64,000 nt of DNA, from NCBI GenBank assembly GCA_017414715.1, contig JAFQKV010000119.1, positions 8,968 to 72,967 of the forward strand. The letters run 5' to 3'. How positions within the stretch are numbered: position 1 is the first letter of the stretch; each line of letters begins with the position of its first letter. This document shows, piece after piece, positions 20,634 to 29,864 of the stretch. The notes under the pieces are model-generated. The model made no database searches. It was given only the letters and a program-made list of their open reading frames with translations, and was not told the DNA's origin. This DNA is from Clostridia bacterium (GTDB taxonomy: Bacteria; Bacillota; Clostridia; Oscillospirales; QAMX01). Made by a program: the position numbers and the translations under genes.

Positions 20634-23164
20634 TTATCCCCGACATTACCATCGGCAGGCAGACGGACCGACAGGGTTGCCGCCGCTTCCATCTCCCGGC
20701 AGAGCAGCGCCTTTACGCCCTCAATCTCCTCCGCCGGTGCTTCGCAGAGCAGCTCATCATGCACCTGCAGCAGCAGCTTTGCGCGGGGGAATTCTTTTTT
20801 CAGCGCAGCACTCACCCGCACCATCGCCATCTTGATGACGTCCGCCGCCGTGCCCTGGATGGGCGTATTGCGTGCAATGCGCTCCGCGGCGGTGCGGAGA
20901 TTGAAATTGGATGCCTTGATATCCCGCACGGGACGTCTGCGTCCGTAAAGGGTGGCCACATAGCCCTTCTGCCGGGTCTCCTCCACCACCGTTTCCATAT
21001 AACGTGCAACATCGGGATACTTTTCAAAATATCTCCGGATATATTCTGCCGCTTCCCTGCGGGTGACGTGGATATCCTCCGCAAGGGAAAAATCGGAAAT
21101 TCCGTAAACGATGCCAAAGTTGACCGCCTTGGCGGAGGCACGCATGGCGGACGTTACATCCTCCTCCGCAACACCGAAGACCTGCGATGCGGTGATGGTG
21201 TGGATATCCTCCCCCTCCGCAAACGCCCGGCACATTCTCGCATCCCCGGAAATATGGGCAAGGATGCGCAGCTCGATCTGGGAATAGTCGGCATCGGCAA
21301 AGGCATACCCCTCCCGCGGGATAAAGCAGCGGCGGATCTCGCCGCCAAGCTCGCGGCGAATGGGCATATTCTGCATATTGGGATCGCTGGAGGACAGGCG
21401 GCCCGTTGCCGTTCCCGTCTGGTGGAAGGTGGTGTGTACCCGTCCGTCGGTCCCGACGAACTTCAGCAGGCTCTCCACGTAGGTGGAGTGAAGCTTTGCA
21501 AACTGGCGGTAGCGAAGCACCGCCTCCACCACGGGATAAACACGCAGACGGTCGAGGGTCTCCGCATCGGTGGACCAGCCGGTCTTGGTCTTCTTCCCGC
21601 CGGGCAGCGCCATCTCTTCAAAGAGGACGGCACCCAGCTGCTTGGGTGAATTGAGATTGAACTCATGTCCCGCGGCTTCAAATACAGCGGTCTCCGCCGC
21701 GTGCATTTCCGCCGCGACCTCCTCGCCGAAACGGCGAAGGGCATCGCAGTCCAGACGGATGCCCTCGTGCTCCATTTCTGCCAGCACACCGGCCAGCGGC
21801 AGCTCCGTCTCCCGGTAGAGGGAGCCCATACCGGCGGCGTCGATCTCCCGGCAAAGCTGCGGATAAAGCTGTGCAAGGGTGGCAGCACGGCAGAGCATCC
21901 GCTCCTCTCCGGCTCCGGAGGCAAGGGCCAGCAGGCCTTCCGCCTCCTCTTCTCCATCACAGTACCCCGCCGCGGCGGCGAGATCCTCATAAACGGTGCC
22001 GCGGCCCAGAAGATAGCCGCAGAGCATAACGTCACCGGCAAAATTTCCCGGCACAACGCCCGCAGAAAGACAGAAACGCACCGCAGCCTTGATGTCAAAG
22101 CCGATCTTCGGCGCATCGGCGGCTAGATAGTCCTTCAGCGCATTGCCCTCCAGCATCATAGCCGTCTTTCCGTCGGACACGGCGGCAAGCGCCGTCTCCG
22201 TATCCAGCCAAAAGGCGGTCTCGCCGGTCACGTCCACCGTTCCCCGGGCGTAATCGGCCTTGCGCACGTGCGCAGCAGCCCCCGATGCCGGCTTTACGCC
22301 CAGTCGGGAGATGACTGTCTTCAGTTCAAGCTCTGTGAGAAGCTCGTAGAGCCCCTCACCCTCCGGATCGGGCCAGCGGGCAGAGGAAAGATCGATTTCC
22401 GCCGGTGCGGAAAGGCAGATCTCCGCAAGCTCACGGCTCATGTAGGCGGAGGTCCGCCCCTCGGTCAGTTTTTTCACGACGGCGGGCTTCATGGAGTTCT
22501 CACCGTCCAGGGCTTCATAAAGCTTTTCAAGATCTCCGTATTCCGCAATCAAAGAAAGTGCTGTTTTCTCTCCGATTCCGGCAACTCCCGGGATATTATC
22601 GGAGGTATCTCCCATCAAGGCCTTGACCTCAATGAACTGCTTGGGTTCGATGCCGTAATCCTCCCGGATGCGCGCCTCGTCATAGAAGCGAACCTCGGGG
22701 CGGCCCATATTGGTGGCCATGATTTTCACGTCGGTCTGCGGGCCCACCAGCTGCAGACTGTCCCGGTCTCCGGTTACAACGACCGTCCGGCCGCCAAGGG
22801 CGGCGTTACGGACAGCAATGGTGCCCAGCAGATCGTCGGCTTCATAGCCGGCGAGTTCAACACAGGGGATGCCCATCCGGCTAAGCATCTGTTTGACGAG
22901 GGGCATCTGCTGTGCCAGTTCCTCGGGCATGGGCTTGCGGCCAGCCTTATAGGCATCGTAGCGCAGATGGCGAAAGGTTGGCTCCTTGCGGTCGAAGCAG
23001 ACGATAACACCCTCTTCGTCCCCCTCCTCCCGCAGCTTCAGCATCATATTCACAAAGCCGAGCAGGGCATTGGTTGGAACACCTGCGGAATTTGTCAGCA
23101 GGCGAATGCCGTAAAATGCACGGTTCATCAGAGAGTTTCCGTCCAGCACCGCAATTTTCATCAT
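20615..23164 (-). CDS. polA: DNA polymerase I
   Basis: 849 aa. The N-terminal 5'-nuclease domain contains GDTSDNIPGVAGIGEKTA. Pol A motifs are DYSQIELR, RASAKAVNFGIVYG and QVHDEL. Confidence 0.96.
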   Translation of the reverse strand: MMKIAVLDGNSLMNRAFYGIRLLTNSAGVPTNALLGFVNMMLKLREEGDEEGVIVCFDRKEPTFRHLRYDAYKAGRKPMPEELAQQMPLVKQMLSRMGIPCVELAGYEADDLLGTIAVRNAALGGRTVVVTGDRDSLQLVGPQTDVKIMATNMGRPEVRFYDEARIREDYGIEPKQFIEVKALMGDTSDNIPGVAGIGEKTALSLIAEYGDLEKLYEALDGENSMKPAVVKKLTEGRTSAYMSRELAEICLSAPAEIDLSSARWPDPEGEGLYELLTELELKTVISRLGVKPASGAAAHVRKADYARGTVDVTGETAFWLDTETALAAVSDGKTAMMLEGNALKDYLAADAPKIGFDIKAAVRFCLSAGVVPGNFAGDVMLCGYLLGRGTVYEDLAAAAGYCDGEEEAEGLLALASGAGEERMLCRAATLAQLYPQLCREIDAAGMGSLYRETELPLAGVLAEMEHEGIRLDCDALRRFGEEVAAEMHAAETAVFEAAGHEFNLNSPKQLGAVLFEEMALPGGKKTKTGWSTDAETLDRLRVYPVVEAVLRYRQFAKLHSTYVESLLKFVGTDGRVHTTFHQTGTATGRLSSSDPNMQNMPIRRELGGEIRRCFIPREGYAFADADYSQIELRILAHISGDARMCRAFAEGEDIHTITASQVFGVAEEDVTSAMRASAKAVNFGIVYGISDFSLAEDIHVTRREAAEYIRRYFEKYPDVARYMETVVEETRQKGYVATLYGRRRPVRDIKASNFNLRTAAERIARNTPIQGTAADVIKMAMVRVSAALKKEFPRAKLLLQVHDELLCEAPAEEIEGVKALLCREMEAAATLSVRLPADGNVGDNWLSCK

Positions 23165-23183
23165 CTTACCTCCGCAAACAGCT

Positions 23184-23215
23184 CATAAAGGCGGCGTTTT
23201 GGGCGCCGCCTTTAT
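23184..23215 (-). terminator. hairpin after galE (weak terminator or processing site)
   Basis: CATAAAGGCGGCG-loop-CGCCGCCTTTATG. The downstream U-tract is poor. Confidence 0.4.
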
Positions 23216-23223
23216 GCAGATCA

Positions 23224-24231
23224 TCAGTTATTCTCCGTGTGATTCTTATAGTACTTCCAGGCATCCCGGCACATCTCATCCACCGTATGCTTCGCCTCAA
23301 AGCCCAGTTCCCGACGGGACTTCTCCACGTCGGCATAGACGACGGGAACGTCTCCGGGGCGGCGCTCGGACACCTTGTGGGGAACGGGTACGCCGTTGAC
23401 CCGCTCAAAGCCCTCGATGAGCTCGTTGACGCTGGTGCCGCGGCCGGTGCCGAGGTTGAAGATCTCCACGCCCTTCATGTGCTGCAGCTTCTCAATGGCA
23501 AGGCAATGGCCCCACGCCAGATCACAGACATGGATATAGTCGCGCAGGCAGGTGCCGTCCTCGGTATCGTAGTCATTTCCGAAGACGTCCAGATGGTCGA
23601 TCTTGCCGGCAGCGACGGAAACGATGCGAGGCATCAGGTTGTTGGGGATATCGTTGGGGTCCTCGCCGATGAGCCCGCTTTCGTGGGCACCGACCGGGTT
23701 AAAGTAACGCAGAAGAATGACGGAGAAATCAGGGTCCGCCTTGGCAACGTCCTGCAGGATCTGCTCGGACATCCACTTGGTCCAGCCGTAGGGGTTGGTG
23801 GCGGAGGTAGGGAAATTCTCGGTGACGGGAACGGTCTCGGGCTCACCGTACACAGTGGCAGAGGAGGAATAAACCAAATTTTCAACACCGCAGCGCTTCA
23901 TCTCCGCAAGAAGGTTGAGGGTTCCGGTCAGGTTGTTGTTATAGTATTCAATGGGCTTTGCAACGCTCTCGCCCACCGCCTTGAAGGCCGCAAAGTGGAT
24001 CACGCCGTCAAACTTGTCGAGGTCAAAGACGGAAGCAAGAAATTCACGGTCCAGCAGATCGCCCTCGAAGAACCGGACGGGCTTTCCGGTGATCTGCTCC
24101 ACGTTTTTAAGCGCCTGGGGCTTAGAGTTGTAGAAATTATCGATAACCGTAAATGTGTGGCCGGCCTTGGTCAGCTCAACAAGTGTATGGGTACCGATGT
24201 AGCCGGCTCCGCCGGTGACAAGCAGATTCAT
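23224..24231 (-). CDS. galE: UDP-glucose 4-epimerase
   Basis: 335 aa. Rossmann motif VTGGAGYIG and catalytic YGWTK (YxxxK). Confidence 0.92.
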   Translation of the reverse strand: MNLLVTGGAGYIGTHTLVELTKAGHTFTVIDNFYNSKPQALKNVEQITGKPVRFFEGDLLDREFLASVFDLDKFDGVIHFAAFKAVGESVAKPIEYYNNNLTGTLNLLAEMKRCGVENLVYSSSATVYGEPETVPVTENFPTSATNPYGWTKWMSEQILQDVAKADPDFSVILLRYFNPVGAHESGLIGEDPNDIPNNLMPRIVSVAAGKIDHLDVFGNDYDTEDGTCLRDYIHVCDLAWGHCLAIEKLQHMKGVEIFNLGTGRGTSVNELIEGFERVNGVPVPHKVSERRPGDVPVVYADVEKSRRELGFEAKHTVDEMCRDAWKYYKNHTENN

Positions 24232-24340
24232 GATTGCAGTTCTCCCTCACATAATTTTCTATTATATATTATAATACGGATCGTGCATCCGTGTAAATAC
24301 GCAATTTGTCCAAATCTCCGCCTTTTCTCTGCTTTGAAGC

Positions 24341-24374
24341 AAAAAAGAGACCGAAAGGAAATCCTTTCGGTCTC
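24341..24374 (-). terminator. strong rho-independent terminator ending the 8-gene ABC operon
   Basis: On the minus strand GAGACCGAAAGG-ATTT-CCTTTCGGTCTC is followed by TTTTTT, 34 nt after the last permease stop. Confidence 0.9.
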
Positions 24375-24407
24375 TCTGCTTTGGGTTTGAAATGCGATGC
24401 GAAACGA

Positions 24408-25379
24408 TCAGGTACCAGTAATACCGGAACGCTCGATGCCTTCGACGAAGAAGCGCTGGCAGACAATAAAGAGCAGGATCAGGGGAATAACCGCGATCAA
24501 CACACCCGTCTGCTGCTGGATGCTGTTCCACAGTGCATCAGATGAACCATTGTTGTAGTTCAATGCCTTCGTCATCAGTGAGGGAAGGTCGATGGCAATT
24601 GTGGTAGTGTAGATATCATCCGTCCACTGCCAGCAGAAGCCAAAGAGAAAGCATGTGACCATCATGGTGAATGCAGAGGGGAGCATAACACGGAAGAAAG
24701 CCTTGAAGGGCTTTGCACCGTCGATGTAGGCTGCCTCTTCCAGAACACCGGGCATACCCTTAAAGTACTGACGCATCAGGTAGATATACAATCCGTTCTT
24801 GTAGCCGACGCAACCGATGGCCATGAGGCTCTGAGGAATGACCGTTGCACAGAGGTTCCAACCGGACATTCTCTCGCCGCTTGCAGTAACCATGCCCCAA
24901 GGGTCGACATCCAAAAAGAATTCGTACAAGGTGGTTGTAATGGTCGTCGGAGGAACAATCAGAACAAAAAGAACGCACGCAAAGAGAAGCTTATTGCCGG
25001 GGAACTTAAAGCGAGCAAATCCATAGCCTGCAAGGGTGGCAGATGCAACCTGCAGGATGGAGATCAATGCGGAATACCAAAGAGCAAACCAACCGGTTTT
25101 GCCAAGCAGATCGACACGAACCAGAGCTTCCTTGACATACTGCAGTGTAAAGTTTTGAGGAATTATGTATACGTTTGCATTATACACATCTTCATAGCCC
25201 TTAACCGCATTGGATACACGCATGATCAGCGGGAAAAGCACGACATATGCAAGTCCGAAAAGCAGAAGATACAGAAGCAGATTGGTAAGAAACTTGCTCG
25301 CAAAGTGCTTTGTGAAGTATTTAGACTTAAACCGTTCCCATCTCGTGAGGGTAGGAGCGCCATTTGCAATATTTTCCAT
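24408..25379 (-). CDS. carbohydrate-type ABC transporter permease (second pair, MalG-like position)
   Basis: 323 aa, polytopic. EAA loop EEAAYIDGAKPFKAFFRVMLP. Confidence 0.85.
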   Translation of the reverse strand: MENIANGAPTLTRWERFKSKYFTKHFASKFLTNLLLYLLLFGLAYVVLFPLIMRVSNAVKGYEDVYNANVYIIPQNFTLQYVKEALVRVDLLGKTGWFALWYSALISILQVASATLAGYGFARFKFPGNKLLFACVLFVLIVPPTTITTTLYEFFLDVDPWGMVTASGERMSGWNLCATVIPQSLMAIGCVGYKNGLYIYLMRQYFKGMPGVLEEAAYIDGAKPFKAFFRVMLPSAFTMMVTCFLFGFCWQWTDDIYTTTIAIDLPSLMTKALNYNNGSSDALWNSIQQQTGVLIAVIPLILLFIVCQRFFVEGIERSGITGT

Positions 25380-25394
25380 TGTTTTACTCCTCCC

Positions 25395-26348
25395 TTACTC
25401 TTCGTAGAATACCACGCGCGACACGATGCCTACAATCACGAGAACAATCACTGTCGAGCAGAGGAAATAGAATACGGTCATCGCTGCACCGGTACCGGGC
25501 TGATCCATGGTATACCAAACTTTTTCGATCTCCTCAAGAATCTTGTCATTGGCTCCAAAGGAGTCGATTGCGGTGTAAACCAGGTTGACCAGGATCATGG
25601 GGCTGATCAAGGGAAGGGTGATCTTCCAGAAAAGTTCCCACGCGGTCAGGCCTTCCACCTCTGCCGCCTCAAAGACAGAGGGAGAAACACCCTGCAAGGC
25701 ACCGAGGAAAATGATGACCTGTATACCACAGCTGTTAATCGTAGTACTCAGTCTGTCAACTGACTTCAAAACAAAATCCATGATGAAGGTGCTGAAGGTC
25801 AGCTGCTCCAGGAATGCCTGAATATTCAGAACGTTGGCAAACTGGCTTGCGATGTTGGAGGTCATACCGGAGGAGGTTGCATCAAATCCGAAACCGGAGT
25901 ACTGGTTGATGGAATCCGCACCCGCGGTAGCTGCAGCACCAGAATCCATAATAACCGGCAGGAAGAAGATAACGCGAAAGAAGGTGCGGCCGGGGAAATT
26001 CTTCCGGTTCAGCAGGATTGCAAGGAAGAAGGAGAAGAGAACGATAACAGGAACGTTGATCGCCATATCCTTCAAACAATCAAACAGAGGAATGGTGAAG
26101 TCGACGGAGTCAAACATTGTAAGATAGTTCTTGAAGCCGACATAAACCGCATCCATTTCAAAGGTCTCGACATTGAACTGAACTTCAGAGAAGCTGTACA
26201 CAAAGGTAGAGATCATACCGGGAATAAAGATGCAGAAGAAGCCTAAAATAACGGGAAGGCAAAACCAGTAACCAACCAGCTGGCGCTTACGTTCCAAGGG
26301 GATATGGAACCGACCCTTTTTCTTTACGGACTGAACTGTGTTTTCCAT
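25395..26348 (-). CDS. carbohydrate-type ABC transporter permease (second pair, MalF-like position)
   Basis: 317 aa, polytopic. EAA loop FEAAEVEGLTAWELFWKITLP. Confidence 0.85.
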   Translation of the reverse strand: MENTVQSVKKKGRFHIPLERKRQLVGYWFCLPVILGFFCIFIPGMISTFVYSFSEVQFNVETFEMDAVYVGFKNYLTMFDSVDFTIPLFDCLKDMAINVPVIVLFSFFLAILLNRKNFPGRTFFRVIFFLPVIMDSGAAATAGADSINQYSGFGFDATSSGMTSNIASQFANVLNIQAFLEQLTFSTFIMDFVLKSVDRLSTTINSCGIQVIIFLGALQGVSPSVFEAAEVEGLTAWELFWKITLPLISPMILVNLVYTAIDSFGANDKILEEIEKVWYTMDQPGTGAAMTVFYFLCSTVIVLVIVGIVSRVVFYEE

Positions 26349-26370
26349 AATGTCTTTTGCTCCTCCTTCC

Positions 26371-29214
26371 TTATTTGATCACTACATAGCCACGGGCTTC
26401 TACCGTCTGGCCGTTGTAGTCATATGCGGCACTGCTGTAGTTGACGATAACAGAGGTACCACCTTCGTAGTTGGTCTTGCGGACACTCGGCGCAAGGATC
26501 TCGTGAGAAACAATTTCCTTGTCCTGCAGATCCTTCATAACCTTATTCACTTCTCCGTAAACCAGCTTTACAGAATCGATCCAGTTCTTATAGTTCAATG
26601 AGAAATAATCCATAAACTGGGTGTCCTTCAGGTCATCGTCAACAGTATACATGCTCTCCAGATAGGGAGACATGCCCATCTCAAGACAACGAAGGATATA
26701 AAGCCGGTCATCCTGCGTCTCATTAATAGCCTCACCGCAGTAAACAACGGAGCCATGAAGTACCATCTGTGCCAACGGAATCTGCTCGGTTTCAATCAGA
26801 AGCTTGGAGGAAGACTGCGGCAAACGCCACACGTTGGACACATACGGCAGCATATACTCGGAGCCGGTTTCGGTCGCGATCTTGTATCCGTCTTCTTCAA
26901 ATTTTGCCATAAAGTCAGCAACCATCTGCGCAGATTCACCGCGGTAAACGTATTTGTTAAGAGTGAAGTCAGAGGAAACCGTCTTACCGTTCTCTGAGAA
27001 TGCATAACTCTTCAGTTCGGGAATCTTCTTGTCAATCTCACTGCGGAACTTGGTGAAAACGGTATCATAGTATCTCGGGGAGATAACAAAGCGGGAATGC
27101 CAACCACTCATCGTGCGTCCGGTAACCAAGTCTGTACCATGCAGAATGGCGTAGACAAAGTCGATGCGCTTGGAGGTCATCTTGTTGGAATTATAACCGT
27201 CAAACCACGCATCTTTATAGACGGTAACGAGATTAACGTCGGGATAGAATCCGTAGTTATTCTCATCCATGTAATTGACGAGATCAACCAAACCGTCCTT
27301 ACCGCCAAGCTGGCGCTGAACCTTAATCTTGGTGGGAGCCGTGGAGAAATAACCGCCATTTGCCCAACCGAGGAACCGGGTATCAAAGTTTTCAACACCG
27401 GCCTCCGTTTTGAGGTATTCCATGATCTCCTGCGCTTCCTCAAAGCGAGTCAGCGCATACTTGGTCTCGAAGGGCATACCCAAAACAAGTACAGATTTAT
27501 CGATGCAGCCGTAAATGTCCATCATCAGCGGCAACGCATCATCAACGTCCGCCTTTTCGGTCATACCTTCTGCAATCAGTTTGTCACGATAGACGGAAGC
27601 CATATAGGAGTAATTCGCATTGTTGCCTTCAGACATACGGAAAGTGATTTCAAATGATCCCTTCGGAAGCAAGCCGTAAGCAAGACCGTCAACAATACGG
27701 CGGGGGAAAAGCTGGAAGGACTGCTGGTCACTGGAACTGTAGCCATCAACCTTAACAGAGTCAAAGAGGATCGTCTCAAACAGTATTCCTATTCTGTTAA
27801 TATTGCGACCAGCAACAGGATAATCAACCTCAACATCAAGTGTCGTATGCTGAATACCACTTTCAACAATAGCCGTGACAGCATAGCCGTTCTTCACAAC
27901 ACCATAGACGGGAAGAACATTGGTCTCCCGATATGGGATACCACCGGACTGGCTCTTGGCATTGTCTGTGCCACCAAGCAGATACTGCGCTTGAGTCATG
28001 ACGACATCTGATGCATCATTATTGATAATGGCACCAGATCCGCTGGGAACAACCAGATAACCCTCTTCATCTGAGAAGGAGGTGCACATCCAGCGTGCGG
28101 CATGCACATAGTTAACATAGAAACCTGGGCCTGCCTCGATCTCTTCAACCATGACATTGTAGGAAAGAACACCGTTATCATCGACGGTAAGCTCAACGGG
28201 AACAGTGCATCCACCGGTTGCATAGGGGTTTGTATAGCCGTTCAGTTCCTGACAAATATCCTGATACTCTTCCTGGGTGATCTTTGCTTGATTGGTCCAT
28301 GCATCCGCGAGGAAAGCAAGGTCATATGCAGATGTTCCGGCATTTCCGCTGGCGTTATCGGTATAGATGTAATATATACCGTTATCCTTGCTGTCCCAGA
28401 TGCTCTTCATACCGGGATATTGGACACAGATATAGTATTTCTGTGCCCAGTCGTTATGGGCAGATGCGTAGTCATCGTTCTTTTTATCGCTCTGGACTTT
28501 CTTCGCCCAGTAGCTCAGCTGTGAACGAATCTCACCGAAGTCATACGCAACGTACTTATATGCAAGTTCGTCAGCAACAGCAGCATCCTCAATGCGTGAA
28601 TAATACTTATTCCACTGCTCCTCGCTCATAACAAGGGGAAGAATCGTGGTCTCAACTTCGTTGATACCGTATTCCAGGCGGAACCCGTTATCAAGCTTCT
28701 CAGCAGTAAACTGACCTTTCTTTATACTGTGTGTGTAGGAGTAGAAGGTCTGCAGAGAACTAACACCGTCAAAACCATTACCCGTACCGGTACCACCTGC
28801 CGCATTATCTGCCACGTGTTTCATAGCTTCCTGCGCATTGAAGAAGTATTCAACCGCAAGGTCGGACAGGAAGTCCTGACGGGTCTGGGCCTCGAGGATT
28901 GTCTCTATGCCCTCCGAAAACCGAGTAGGCAGAGAGTCAAGCTTCTGACCGGTTTTCATGTTGGTGAATCGAAAATTACCGGTGCCAACGTCAACCTGAA
29001 GAAGATAGTCACCGACAACAACGGATTCGGCTCCGGCCTGGAAAAGCGCCTCATTCTGCGCAACAGTGCCGGGTCCCTGGTCGTAGAACTGCTCAAGCGT
29101 GTATTCCAATTCGGCAACATCCTGCGTGCTGTCAGCGATGCCGGTGGCAGCAGCAGGAATCACCATAGCAAGCGCGAGAATAAACGTAAGCGCGGAAGTC
29201 AGGAATTTTTTCAT
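26371..29214 (-). CDS. large secreted protein of unknown function (possibly DUF5696-like / glycoside-hydrolase-like barrel)
   Basis: Start set at MKKFLTSALTFILALAMVIPAAATG (signal peptide, AAGGAGG RBS 8 nt upstream), giving 947 aa. The second half has alternating beta/alpha-like segments (RFLGWANGGYF, YPDVNLV). The family name is recalled from memory and is not a search result. Confidence 0.6.
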   Translation of the reverse strand: MKKFLTSALTFILALAMVIPAAATGIADSTQDVAELEYTLEQFYDQGPGTVAQNEALFQAGAESVVVGDYLLQVDVGTGNFRFTNMKTGQKLDSLPTRFSEGIETILEAQTRQDFLSDLAVEYFFNAQEAMKHVADNAAGGTGTGNGFDGVSSLQTFYSYTHSIKKGQFTAEKLDNGFRLEYGINEVETTILPLVMSEEQWNKYYSRIEDAAVADELAYKYVAYDFGEIRSQLSYWAKKVQSDKKNDDYASAHNDWAQKYYICVQYPGMKSIWDSKDNGIYYIYTDNASGNAGTSAYDLAFLADAWTNQAKITQEEYQDICQELNGYTNPYATGGCTVPVELTVDDNGVLSYNVMVEEIEAGPGFYVNYVHAARWMCTSFSDEEGYLVVPSGSGAIINNDASDVVMTQAQYLLGGTDNAKSQSGGIPYRETNVLPVYGVVKNGYAVTAIVESGIQHTTLDVEVDYPVAGRNINRIGILFETILFDSVKVDGYSSSDQQSFQLFPRRIVDGLAYGLLPKGSFEITFRMSEGNNANYSYMASVYRDKLIAEGMTEKADVDDALPLMMDIYGCIDKSVLVLGMPFETKYALTRFEEAQEIMEYLKTEAGVENFDTRFLGWANGGYFSTAPTKIKVQRQLGGKDGLVDLVNYMDENNYGFYPDVNLVTVYKDAWFDGYNSNKMTSKRIDFVYAILHGTDLVTGRTMSGWHSRFVISPRYYDTVFTKFRSEIDKKIPELKSYAFSENGKTVSSDFTLNKYVYRGESAQMVADFMAKFEEDGYKIATETGSEYMLPYVSNVWRLPQSSSKLLIETEQIPLAQMVLHGSVVYCGEAINETQDDRLYILRCLEMGMSPYLESMYTVDDDLKDTQFMDYFSLNYKNWIDSVKLVYGEVNKVMKDLQDKEIVSHEILAPSVRKTNYEGGTSVIVNYSSAAYDYNGQTVEARGYVVIK

Positions 29215-29227
29215 GTTGCCACCTCCT

Positions 29228-29863
29228 TTAGACAGATCTGATCCTGATCTCATAGATGAGAGAGGAAACGAATGTTGCAATGTTGGTAACCACTCGACAG
29301 AAGAGCAGGCCAAGATAAATCATGACCGCGATGCCGGCAACCGTCAGGATTGCAGTCAGGACACCCTTACCAAAGCTGTACTGGTGCGTGACCAGCTGGC
29401 CGAAGAAGAGCATTGCTCCAAGATAAACAATGCCTACCGCCTGAATCAGTGTATAGAATGCACCTGTCTCCAGGGTAAGTGCATAGCTGAGAACAATACC
29501 AATCGCATTGATCAGATAGAAGGGAAGGAGTGCATAGGCCGATGCGATATACACATCCTTGAATGTGCCTTCACCGTCCATCAATGTCGTGAAGCACCAG
29601 TTGGCGACTACCCACATGATAAAGGGAAGAAATGCATTGCCGATCGCTGCAAAAGGATTAAAGCTCAGCACATCGTTCTCATTGAATAGGAATGCGGTCA
29701 TCTGTCTCTTACAGACAAGGACAATCACCATCAGGATCACATGAAGATGTGCAGCACGCATGGAGCCACGCTTCTCGTGCTTCAGATCCCAAAAACCGTC
29801 AAAGGGATGCGTCATGACATAGAAGCCATATTTCCATTCATTCCAAAGAGCTTTCCACTTCAT
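29228..29863 (-). CDS. Yip1-domain integral membrane protein
   Basis: 211 aa. N-terminal FYVMTHPFDGFWDLKHEKRGS is followed by five hydrophobic helices, the typical Yip1 layout. Only a 1-nt gap to the upstream gene. Confidence 0.7.
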   Translation of the reverse strand: MKWKALWNEWKYGFYVMTHPFDGFWDLKHEKRGSMRAAHLHVILMVIVLVCKRQMTAFLFNENDVLSFNPFAAIGNAFLPFIMWVVANWCFTTLMDGEGTFKDVYIASAYALLPFYLINAIGIVLSYALTLETGAFYTLIQAVGIVYLGAMLFFGQLVTHQYSFGKGVLTAILTVAGIAVMIYLGLLFCRVVTNIATFVSSLIYEIRIRSV

Positions 29864-29864
29864 G

